A stretch of DNA of 12,840 nucleotides from Candidatus Methylomirabilia bacterium (GCA_041496385.1 JBGQEL010000122.1:1-12840); one strand, 5' to 3'; shown: positions 1-7,824, numbered from the stretch's first letter. Made by a program: numbers and translations. The notes: generated by a model not told the origin, from the letters alone.

Positions 1-329
1 CTGATCGCCCGGGCGTTGTTGGTCCAGATCGCGGTCTGGAAGCCCGCGCCGCGCGCGCCCGCGACGGCGTCGCGGGCGCCGGGCTCGAGCGTGGCGGCGT
101 CCATGGCGCGGCGCTCATGCGCGAGCGCGACCTCCCAGACCGCCGGCTCCAGGTCGGGCGCGTGGGCCTTGGCCCACACGGTCAGCTCGCCGACCCGCCA
201 GCGCTCGGGCCGCGCCGGCAGGGGGCCGCGCGCGCCCTCGATGAGGGCCCGCATGTCGAGGGCCATCGCCGCGAGGTCGAGGGGCGTCCGGATGAGGGTG
301 TGGTCCAGGTCGAACACGCACAGCGCCAC
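1..329 (-). CDS. HAD-superfamily hydrolase (phosphoglycolate phosphatase-like); 5' part only, runs off the left edge
   Basis: Manual translation from GTG at 329 gives MALCVFDLDHTLIRTPLDLAAM...LEPGARDAVAGARGAGFQTAIWTNNARAI. It has HAD motif I (FDLDHTL = DxDxT) and motif II (IWTNN), with typical high-GC codon usage. It is absent from the ORF track because its stop lies outside the window. Confidence 0.88.
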   Translation of the reverse strand, partial: MALCVFDLDHTLIRTPLDLAAMALDMRALIEGARGPLPARPERWRVGELTVWAKAHAPDLEPAVWEVALAHERRAMDAATLEPGARDAVAGARGAGFQTAIWTNNARAI

Positions 330-371
330 GCACTGACCGTACCACAGCCGTGCTACGATGATTTTGTCAAC
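330..371. promoter_or_regulatory. Compact divergent promoter region with two extended -10 elements
   Basis: Minus strand: TGgTACGGT (344..336), 6 nt before GTG329. Plus strand: TGcTACGAT (351-359), 12 nt before ATG372. Neither start has an SD. Confidence 0.55.
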
Positions 372-1763
372 ATGGCGCGCCGGCTGCCGCATCTCACGGC
401 GTTTCTTGTCCTGCTGGCGCTCACGCTCCCGACCCCGCCCGCGCGGGCGCTCGACGAGCAGGAGCGGTTGCGGCTCGTCGGCGAGCGCGCCTTCGCCGAT
501 GGCCTCTACGTCGTCTCCCGCCGCGCGCTCGAGCGTCTCGTCGCCGAGTACCCGAGCGACGGCAAGCTCTCCGCGACCCTGCTCCTGCTGGGACGGGCCC
601 GACTGGCGCTCGGCGACGCCGAGTCCGCGCTCGAGGCGTTCCGCCGCCTCGACAAGCTCGGGACGCCGCCTCTCGAGCTGAAGTTCTGGGAAGGCGAGTC
701 GCTCTTCCGCCTGCGCCGCTTCGCCGAGGCGCGCGCCGCATACGAGGCCCTCGCGCGCAAGGACCTGGCGTCGCCGAACGCGCCGGACGCCCTCTACGGG
801 ATCGGGCTCACCGAGCTGGAACTGCGGCGGCCCGACGCCGCCGTCGTCGCGTTCCGCGAGGTGCTGAGCGGCTGGCCCGACTCTCCGTTGGCGCCGGGCG
901 CGACCTTCTACCTCGCGCGGACGCTCGTCGAGCTCAAGCGCTTCGGCGACGCGCTGCCGCTCCTCACGGCCTTCCCGGCGAAGTACCCGGGCCACAGGCT
1001 CGCGCCCGACGCGCAGTACCTGCTCGGGCTGGCACGCGTCTCCTCCGGGGACACGGGCGGCGTCGACGACCTGAAGGCCTTCGTGCTGGCGGCGCCCAAC
1101 CACGCCATGGCGCCGGCAGCACGGCGGATGATCACCACGACGCTCGCGCGCTACGGTAACCGCACGCAGCTCCAGGGCACGTACGCGCAGCTCCTGGCGC
1201 AGCAGCCGGCCACCGCCGAGGCGCTCTACGACGCGGGCTCGATCGCGGGACGCATCGGCGATCAGAAGGGTCAGGACACGGCGTGGCGGCGGCTCCGCAA
1301 GGAGTTCCCGGGCGACCCGCTCGCGCTCCAGGCCGCGCTCGAGCTCGCCAATGCCGCGTTCAAGCGCAAGGACTGGAAGGAGGCGTCGGCCCAGGCCCAG
1401 GCGGCCGCACAGAGCGACGACGAGGCGCTGCGCGTCGACGCGCTCCTGCTCCACGGCGAGTCGGAGCTGAAGCTCGCGCGCTGGAGCACCGCCGCGAAGG
1501 CGTTCGAGCGGGTCGGCACGACCAAGAGCGTCGAGGCCGCGGCGCGCTACCGCGCCCTGGCCGGCCTCGGGCTCGCGCAGGAGCAGCTCAAGGATTCGCG
1601 TGCCGCGCTCGCGGCCTACGAGCAGGTTGCCGCGAAGAGCCCCGACGCGACGCTGCGCGACTGGGCGCGCGACCGCGCCACGGCGCTCCGCGCCCGGCTG
1701 CCGAAGCCGCCACCGCCGAAGGCCGACGGCTCCAAGACGAATGGCAAGGCGGGCGGCACGTGA
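372..1763 (+). CDS. Exported tetratricopeptide-repeat protein (CpoB/YbgF- or BamD-type TPRs), 463 aa
   Basis: Start reassigned from 117 to ATG372, because the upstream part overlaps the HAD gene. Sec signal MARRLPHLTAFLVLLALTLPTPPARA|LD. Repeated TPR helices with inter-repeat turns YPSD, WPDSPLA, YPGHRLA, APNHAMA, FPGDPLA. Pro/Lys-rich C-terminal tail. Confidence 0.85.
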   Translation: MARRLPHLTAFLVLLALTLPTPPARALDEQERLRLVGERAFADGLYVVSRRALERLVAEYPSDGKLSATLLLLGRARLALGDAESALEAFRRLDKLGTPPLELKFWEGESLFRLRRFAEARAAYEALARKDLASPNAPDALYGIGLTELELRRPDAAVVAFREVLSGWPDSPLAPGATFYLARTLVELKRFGDALPLLTAFPAKYPGHRLAPDAQYLLGLARVSSGDTGGVDDLKAFVLAAPNHAMAPAARRMITTTLARYGNRTQLQGTYAQLLAQQPATAEALYDAGSIAGRIGDQKGQDTAWRRLRKEFPGDPLALQAALELANAAFKRKDWKEASAQAQAAAQSDDEALRVDALLLHGESELKLARWSTAAKAFERVGTTKSVEAAARYRALAGLGLAQEQLKDSRAALAAYEQVAAKSPDATLRDWARDRATALRARLPKPPPPKADGSKTNGKAGGT

Positions 1764-4762
1764 GGCGCCCCGCGCTCGCGGTGCTCCTGCTCGCGGTGCT
1801 CGCGCTCGGGCCGGGCCCCCTCGCGGCGCAGACCCTGCTGCCGCTGACGCCGCCGCTGCCCGACCTCGCGCGGCTGGTCCCCTTCGCCGAGGCGCCGGGC
1901 GAGAAGCCGGCGCTGGCGCCCGCCGCGCTGCCGCTGCCCGCGCCGCCCGCCGACCTGCCGCCGTTCCCGCTCACGGTCTTCGCGCCGCCGACGGCCGACA
2001 AGCCGACGGCGGCGGTCGCGGAGCCCGGCGCGCTCCCGTGCGTCGGCGCCTTCTTCGGCGTCGCGTCCAAGGCGCTCGAGTGCGGCCGCGCGCGGTTCGC
2101 CAAGGGCGAGCACGAGGACGCCGCGAAGGCGCTCGAGCAGGCGGTACGGTCGGGCAGCGAGCGCGAGATCGTCGTCGAGGCGCGCTACTGGCTCGCCGAG
2201 ACCTCCTACGCCCTGGCCCGCGCCGAGCAGGCCGACCGGCTCTTTCTCCAGGTCGTGCAGACGGCGCCGAGGGATAGCGGGTTCACGCTCTGGAGCGCCT
2301 TCGGCAGCGGCTGGACGGCGCTCCGGCTCGGCAACGCCCCGCGCGCCCGCGACACGTTCACCCAGATCCTCGCGGGCGCTTCACCCGCGACCATGGAGCC
2401 GTGGGCGCGCCACGGCCTGGCGCTCGCGAGCTACGCGCTCGGCCGCCACGAGGACGCGGTGGCGGCATGGACGGCGCTCGCCGCCAAGGGTGTGCCGCCC
2501 TCGCTCGCGCGCGACGTCGCCTTCTGGTTCGGCGAGGCCCTCGGCCGGCTCGGCCAGTACGACCGCGCCGCGACCGAGCTCGCGCGCTTCGTCCAGGCCG
2601 CCGGCCCTCACCCGCTGCTCGACCAGGGCTGGTTCCGCCTCGGCTGGTGGGGTCTCCAGGCGGGCCGCGGGACGGAGAGCGTGGACGCCTTCCGCAAGTT
2701 CCTGACGCCGACCACGCCTTCCGCGGCGCCGAAGGTCGGCTCCGACCGGGACTGGGCGGAGGCGGGGATCGTCCTGGCGCTCCTGCCGTCGGACGCCGCG
2801 GCCGCCCGCCAGGCGGCGCGCGATCTCGAGAGCCGCCGCTCGCCGCTGGTCCAGCCGCTGTTCATTCGCGTCGCGCGGACGCTCATCGAGGGAGGGCAGG
2901 CACCCGAGGCCCAGGCGCTCCTCCAGGACGTGCTCGCCGCGAACCTCACCGCCGCGGCGCGGGCCCACGCGCTCCTGCTCCAGGGCGAGGCGAGCCGCGT
3001 GCAGGGCAATCTCGACGACGCGCGCACGCAGTACGACCTCGCGCAGCGCGCCGAGCCCGGGAGCGCCACGGCGTGGTTCGCGGCGTTCCGGCTCGCCCAG
3101 GCCAACGTTCAGGTGCGCGAGTTCGCCCAGGCGGCGCGCGATCTCGCCCCCGTCGTCGCCGCCGCGACCGCGCCCGATGCGCGCGCGGCCGAGCTCCTGC
3201 TCCAGGGTGAGGCCGCGTACTACGCCGGCGACCAGCCCGCGGCGACCGCGGCGTTCCGGCGGATGCTGGTGGAGCTCCCGCAGCACGCGCAGACGCCCGC
3301 GGCGCGCCTGGGCGTCGCGTGGAGCGCGCTGCGGCAGGACCGCGGGGAAGACGCCCGTCGCGAGTTCCTCGAGTTCGCCCGGCTTCACCCGGAGCACCCC
3401 GCGACGCCCGACGCGCTGCTCCGCGCCTCGGAGCTCGCGCTCAGGAACCCGGCCGGCTGGGCCGGGGCGCGCCCCCTGCTGGACCGGATCGTCGCCGCCT
3501 ATCCAAACCGTGAGAGCACGCACTTCGCCCGGCTCAACCGCGCCATCCTCATGCTGCGCACCGGCGAGGCCGCCGCGGCGCGGCCCGAGCTCGCCGACTG
3601 GATCAAGCGCGCGCCGTTCCCGCCGCTCGCCGGCCGGGCGCAGGTCGCGATGGGCGCGGCGCTGCTCGCGCTCGGTCGGCCCGCCGACGCCGCGAAGGCG
3701 TTCACGCAGGCACAGCAGGAGGGCGTGGGCGCGCTGGCCGCTCTCGGCCTGGGCGCGGCGCAGCTCGCCCAAGGACAGCGCGAGCCCGCGCTGCGTCTCC
3801 TCACCGAGGCGCGCGACGGCGGCACATCGGCGATCGCCGCCGTCGCCGAGTACGGGCTGGCGGTGATCGCCTACCAGAACGGCGCCCGCGCGGACTGGAA
3901 GAAACCCGCGCTCGCCGAGCTGGCCGCCGCGCCCGACGGCCCCTCGACGCCGCGCCTGCTCTACGTCCTGGCCGGCGTCGCCGTCGAGGAGAAGGACTGG
4001 ACGGGTGCGCTCGAGCACGCCCGGCGTCTCGCCACCCGGTATCCGGCCGACGAGGCCGCGGACGACGCGCTCGAGCGCGTGGCCTCGGGCGCGGCGGCGG
4101 CCGGCGCCTGGCCGACGGCGCACGACGCCTACGCCGAGCTTCAGCAGCGCTTCCCGAAGAGCCCGTTCCTCGCCGCCGGGCGGCTCGCGTTCGCCGAGGC
4201 GCAGGTGGAGACGGGCCGCGCCGCGGCCGCCCGTCAGGACCTGGAGCAGCTCGTCGCCGCGGCGCCCGCGGACGCCCGGCTCACGCGCGGCTGGCTCGTG
4301 CTGGCGCGCGCGCGCGAGGCCGCGGGCGACCGCGCGGGCGCGCTCGACGCCTACGGGCGCGCGGCGAAGGACGGCTGGGCCGACTGGAGCGCGCGCGCGC
4401 TCCTCGGCTACGGCCGTCTACTCGTGCAGGAGAAGAAGGGCGCGGACGCGCGCGCGCTGCTGGCGGGCCTGCTGAAGAGCGCCGACGACGGCATGGTCGC
4501 GGAGGCCGCCTACGTCATCGGCGAGGCGTGGCAGAGCGACGCCGAGCCGCTCGCCGCCGCCGAGTACTTCATGACGGCCGCCTATGTGGCGCCGGAGTCA
4601 CCGCCGGGACGCAAGGCGCTCCTCGGCGCCGCGGCGAGCTTCCTCGCGCTCAAGCAGGGGGACGCGGCGGCGATCGCCTACCGCAAGCTCCTCGATCAAT
4701 CGAACGCGCCGGCCGATCTCGCGGAGGTGGCGCGCAAGGGGCTCAAGGACCTCGGGCGATGA
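1760..4762 (+). CDS. Large exported tetratricopeptide-repeat protein, 1000 aa
   Basis: GTG1760 overlaps the previous TGA (GTGA). Signal peptide (M)RRPALAVLLLAVLALGPGPLAA|Q, then a Pro-rich linker and a Cys pair (C-x13-C). TPR repeats continue to the end with turns LPQHAQT, HPEHPAT, YPNRES, YPADEAA, FPKSPFL, APESPPG. Confidence 0.85.
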   Translation: MRRPALAVLLLAVLALGPGPLAAQTLLPLTPPLPDLARLVPFAEAPGEKPALAPAALPLPAPPADLPPFPLTVFAPPTADKPTAAVAEPGALPCVGAFFGVASKALECGRARFAKGEHEDAAKALEQAVRSGSEREIVVEARYWLAETSYALARAEQADRLFLQVVQTAPRDSGFTLWSAFGSGWTALRLGNAPRARDTFTQILAGASPATMEPWARHGLALASYALGRHEDAVAAWTALAAKGVPPSLARDVAFWFGEALGRLGQYDRAATELARFVQAAGPHPLLDQGWFRLGWWGLQAGRGTESVDAFRKFLTPTTPSAAPKVGSDRDWAEAGIVLALLPSDAAAARQAARDLESRRSPLVQPLFIRVARTLIEGGQAPEAQALLQDVLAANLTAAARAHALLLQGEASRVQGNLDDARTQYDLAQRAEPGSATAWFAAFRLAQANVQVREFAQAARDLAPVVAAATAPDARAAELLLQGEAAYYAGDQPAATAAFRRMLVELPQHAQTPAARLGVAWSALRQDRGEDARREFLEFARLHPEHPATPDALLRASELALRNPAGWAGARPLLDRIVAAYPNRESTHFARLNRAILMLRTGEAAAARPELADWIKRAPFPPLAGRAQVAMGAALLALGRPADAAKAFTQAQQEGVGALAALGLGAAQLAQGQREPALRLLTEARDGGTSAIAAVAEYGLAVIAYQNGARADWKKPALAELAAAPDGPSTPRLLYVLAGVAVEEKDWTGALEHARRLATRYPADEAADDALERVASGAAAAGAWPTAHDAYAELQQRFPKSPFLAAGRLAFAEAQVETGRAAAARQDLEQLVAAAPADARLTRGWLVLARAREAAGDRAGALDAYGRAAKDGWADWSARALLGYGRLLVQEKKGADARALLAGLLKSADDGMVAEAAYVIGEAWQSDAEPLAAAEYFMTAAYVAPESPPGRKALLGAAASFLALKQGDAAAIAYRKLLDQSNAPADLAEVARKGLKDLGR

Positions 4763-6579
4763 AGGGCTACGGCGGCCGCGTTCTGCACGTGGACCTCACG
4801 AGCGGGGCCTCGCGCGTCGAGCCGCTCGGCGAGGCCACCGCGCGCGCCTACCTCGGCGGCAACGGCCTCGCGGCGCGCCTCCTCTACGACCATGTGCCGC
4901 CGCGCACGGACGCGTTCGCGCCCGCGAACGGCGTGGTCTTCGGGGTGGGGCCGGTGACCGACACGACGGTGCCGGGCAACAGCCGCGCCTGCGTCGCGGC
5001 CAAGTCGCCGCTGACCGAGCTGTTCTTCGACTCCACCTTCGGCGGCCGGTTCCCGGCGACCATGAAGCGGACCGGCTTCGACGCCGTCCTGATCACCGGC
5101 CGCGCGGTGCGGCCGTCCTACCTCCTGGTGACGGAGGGGGGCGCGGAGGTGAAGGACGCGGCCGAGCTCTGGGGGCGGTCCACGCGCGACACGGTGCAGA
5201 GCCTCGTCGCCGCCGAGGGGGCCGAGGCCGACGCGATCGCCATCGGCCCCGCGGGCGAGCGGCGCGTCCGCTTCGCGGCGATGACCCACTACTGGAAGAA
5301 CCGCGAGGCCGTCGCGGGCCGGGGCGGCATCGCGGCCGTCCTGGGCGGCAAGAATCTCAAGGCGGTGGTCGTGCGGGGTGCGCGGAAGACCGAGATCGCC
5401 GACCCGGCGGATCTCAAGGCGCTGGTCGACGAGACGCGCGAGCCGCTCAAGAAGGGCACGCAGGCGCTCTCGACGTTCGGCACGTCGTTCCTCGTCGGCC
5501 CGATCAACGCGCTCGGCGCCCTCGGGAGCTACAACCTGAAATCGGAGGTCTTCGCCGAGGCGCACGCCGTGGGCGGCGAGTCGATGAAGGCCCACTATCA
5601 CGACCGCGACACGACGTGCCTCAAGTGCCCGGTCGCCTGCGGCAAGCAGTACGCGATCCGCGAGGGGGAGTTCGCGGGCACGAAGGCCAAGATGCCCGAG
5701 TACGAGAGCATCTTCGCGCTGGGGCCGATGCTCGGCATCGCGAACCCCGAGGCGCTCATCCTCGCCAACGACCTCTGCGACCTGCTCGGGATGGACACGA
5801 TCTCGCTCGGTGTCACGCTCGCCTTCGTCTGCGAGGCGCTCGAGCGCGGCTGGCTCACCCGGGCCGAGGTCGGCGTGGACTTCGGCTGGGGGAACTGGCG
5901 CGGCATGCTCACGCTGGTCGAGCAGACGGCGCGGCGCGAGGGCTTCGGCGCGCGGCTCGCGGAGGGCGCCTGGCGGCTCGCCGAGCAGGTCCACCCCGAG
6001 GGCACGAAGCTCGTCTACGCGGTGAAGCGGCTCGAGCTGCCCGCGCACTCGGCGCGCGCGCTCAAGGGGCTCTCGATCGGCTACGCCACCGCGACGCGCG
6101 GCGGGAGCCACCACGACACGCGCCCGACGCCCCAGTACGCGCCGGGGTTCGATCGTCGATCGACGAAGGACAAGCCCGCCTTCGCGGTGCGCAGCCAGCA
6201 CTTCACCGCCGTCGGCGACTCGCTCGTCCTCTGCCGCTTCACCGCCGAGCGCGGCTTCGGCCTCTTCCTCGAGGAGCCCTACGCGCGCATGGTGCGCGCG
6301 GTGACGGGCTGGGACATGACGCTCGACGAGCTCGCGCGCGCCGGCGAGCGCATCATCAACCTGGAGCGGCTCTTCAACGTGCGCGAGGGCGTGCGGCGCG
6401 CGCAGGACACGCTCCCGTGGAAGGTGATGCACGAGCCCATTCCCGACGGTCCCTCGGCCGGTGCCCACTGTCCGCCCGACGAGCTCCGCGCGATGCTCGA
6501 CGAGTACTACGCCATCCGCGGCTGGGACGGCGACGGCATTCCCACCGCCTCACGCCTCGCCACGCTCGACCTCCGGTGA
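4759..6579 (+). CDS. aor: Aldehyde:ferredoxin oxidoreductase family protein (tungstopterin + [4Fe-4S]; AOR/WOR family), 606 aa
   Basis: ATG4759 overlaps the previous TGA (ATGA). N-terminus MKGYGGRVLHVDLT..YLGGNGLA. Family motifs KSPLT..DSTFGG, IGPAGE, AGRGG..KNLKAV, CLKCPVAC (CxxCxxxC), PEYES, DLLGMDTIS, TRGGSHH, DSLVLCRF (4th Fe-S Cys), YYAIRGWD..G.PT. No signal peptide. Confidence 0.93.
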   Translation: MKGYGGRVLHVDLTSGASRVEPLGEATARAYLGGNGLAARLLYDHVPPRTDAFAPANGVVFGVGPVTDTTVPGNSRACVAAKSPLTELFFDSTFGGRFPATMKRTGFDAVLITGRAVRPSYLLVTEGGAEVKDAAELWGRSTRDTVQSLVAAEGAEADAIAIGPAGERRVRFAAMTHYWKNREAVAGRGGIAAVLGGKNLKAVVVRGARKTEIADPADLKALVDETREPLKKGTQALSTFGTSFLVGPINALGALGSYNLKSEVFAEAHAVGGESMKAHYHDRDTTCLKCPVACGKQYAIREGEFAGTKAKMPEYESIFALGPMLGIANPEALILANDLCDLLGMDTISLGVTLAFVCEALERGWLTRAEVGVDFGWGNWRGMLTLVEQTARREGFGARLAEGAWRLAEQVHPEGTKLVYAVKRLELPAHSARALKGLSIGYATATRGGSHHDTRPTPQYAPGFDRRSTKDKPAFAVRSQHFTAVGDSLVLCRFTAERGFGLFLEEPYARMVRAVTGWDMTLDELARAGERIINLERLFNVREGVRRAQDTLPWKVMHEPIPDGPSAGAHCPPDELRAMLDEYYAIRGWDGDGIPTASRLATLDLR

Positions 6580-6791
6580 GGCTCCTGGCGCTCGTCCTGG
6601 CGGCGGCGCTCGTCCTCGCCGGCTGCACGACGGCGCGGGAGCCCGGCCGGGATCTCGCGATCCTCCGGGACGCGCAGGTGTGCGAGGAGATGGCGGAGCG
6701 CCAGATCCAGGAGGCGCGGGCGCCGGACCACGCCATCCGGCTCGCGATCTTCGAGTCCTGCATGGCGCTGCACGGCTGGCAGGGGCGCTGA
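6576..6791 (+). CDS. Small lipoprotein, 71 aa, with two additional Cys
   Basis: GTG6576 overlaps the AOR stop (GTGA). (M)RLLALVLAAALVLAGC has lipobox LAGC. The mature part has C36 and C62 (FESCMALHGW). In the track it is hidden as the tail of ORF 4584..6791. Confidence 0.8.
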   Translation: MRLLALVLAAALVLAGCTTAREPGRDLAILRDAQVCEEMAERQIQEARAPDHAIRLAIFESCMALHGWQGR

Positions 6792-6800
6792 GCGGAAGGT

Positions 6801-7649
6801 ATGACCAGGGTCGCCATGACCGTCTTGATCGTCGAGCAGGACAAGCGGCTGGGCGAGATCTACGCCGATTTTCTCCGCGACCTCGGCTACGAGGCCGTGC
6901 TCGTCGCGAGCCTCGAGGGCGCCGGCCGCGAGCTGGAGACGCAGAGCCCCGACGTCGTCATGCTCGACGCGGACTTCCCGGAGCGTGCGGCGCTCGGTTT
7001 CCTGGAATCGCACGGGGCGCGTCCGGCGGCCGTGCCGATCATCGCGGTGTCGGGCGCCGAGAGCGAGCAGCTGGCGCTGCAATGTCTCCGGCTCGGCGCG
7101 CTCGACTTTCTCGCCAAGCCCGTGCCCTTCGAGCGCCTGCGCGCGCTGCTCTCGTTCCTCGAGACCCACACGCTCAACGCCGAGGGCTCGCAGCGGCGCG
7201 TGCCGCGGCCCGTCGTCGCCATCCCGTTGCTCGTCCGCTACGAGGTCGAGTGGACGTCGGTCGATCTGAGCCCGTTCGGCGTCAAGGTGCCGCGGCAGGC
7301 GTGGCTCCAGCCCGGCGCGAGCGTCGCGCTCTCGTTCGCGCTGCCGGACGGGCGGCCGCCGCTCAACGTCAACGCGGTGCTCGTGCGCACGGACGCCGAG
7401 GGCCATCTCTTTTCCTTCATCGGACTGAGCGAGGCGGCCTTTCGCCGGCTCGTCGAGTTTTGCCGGAACACCACGAGCGACCCGGCCGCGATGTTCCGGC
7501 TCGGCCTGGCGTACGAGTTCGGGAAGGGCGTCGTCCAGGACCGGAACGAAGCGGCGCGCTGGTATCGGGAGTCGGCCTCGTTCGGCCACGAAGGGGCGGC
7601 GAACCGGCTGCGCATATTGGATGAGAAGACGCGCCGCCGGTCGCTTTGA
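6801..7649 (+). CDS. Response regulator with REC + PilZ + single Sel1 repeat (alternative start ATG6816)
   Basis: REC: LIVEQD, phosphoacceptor D56 (DVVMLD), S84 (IAVSG), K106 (FLAKP). PilZ: RRVPR (RxxxR, 132-136) and DLSPFG (DxSxxG, 155-160). Sel1: AMFRLGLAYEFGKGVVQDRNEAARWYRESASFGH. Confidence 0.87.
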   Translation: MTRVAMTVLIVEQDKRLGEIYADFLRDLGYEAVLVASLEGAGRELETQSPDVVMLDADFPERAALGFLESHGARPAAVPIIAVSGAESEQLALQCLRLGALDFLAKPVPFERLRALLSFLETHTLNAEGSQRRVPRPVVAIPLLVRYEVEWTSVDLSPFGVKVPRQAWLQPGASVALSFALPDGRPPLNVNAVLVRTDAEGHLFSFIGLSEAAFRRLVEFCRNTTSDPAAMFRLGLAYEFGKGVVQDRNEAARWYRESASFGHEGAANRLRILDEKTRRRSL

Positions 7650-7651
7650 GC

Positions 7652-7680
7652 TTGAATCACAACATGGTGGGTGGTAAAGT
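7652..7680 (+). promoter_or_regulatory. Sigma70-type promoter
   Basis: TTGAAT (7652-7657), 17-bp spacer, TAAAGT (7675-7680), with TG extended -10, in a locally AT-richer intergenic stretch. Confidence 0.7.
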
Positions 7681-7700
7681 CCGGCCGATCCCCACATCTA

Positions 7701-7821
7701 GGGCCAGGGAGGCTTCGGCGCGCCGGCAATGCCCATGTTTCTCCTCCGCTCGCTGCTCCGGGAGATCGCCGCTGATCTCCCGGTACCCGCGTCCGATGCC
7801 GGCGCGCCCACGGGAGGGCCC
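7701..7821 (+). promoter_or_regulatory. Structured 5' leader; candidate cis-regulatory RNA
   Basis: Perfect 12-bp inverted repeat GGCGCGCCGGCA (7717-7728) / TGCCGGCGCGCC (7797-7808). It encloses a perfect 10-bp hairpin CCGGGAGATC (7758-7767) / GATCTCCCGG (7774-7783). Outer pairing reaches the SD GGGAGG (7812-7817). Confidence 0.5.
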
Positions 7822-7824
7822 ACG

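Noticed and set aside
117..371. 85-aa N-terminal extension of the first TPR ORF
   Set aside because: It overlaps the genuine minus-strand HAD gene. The signal peptide begins at ATG372.
1283..1759. 159-aa extension of the second TPR ORF; likewise 4528-4758 for the AOR
   Set aside because: These are off-frame overlaps with the upstream genes. The real starts are the GTGA/ATGA overlaps, where the signal peptide or the AOR N-terminus begins.
4303..4317. (GC)n dinucleotide run, with others such as 4389-4399
   Set aside because: It simply encodes Ala-Arg repeats in TPR helices. There is no evidence for phase variation.
2381..7697. Long antisense and alternate-frame ORFs (2381..4123, 4696..6468, 4584..6575 part, 6461..7624, 6507..7697)
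   Set aside because: Arg/Gly/Ala/Pro-rich shadow ORFs expected from stop-codon scarcity in high-GC coding DNA. They show no motifs or RBS.
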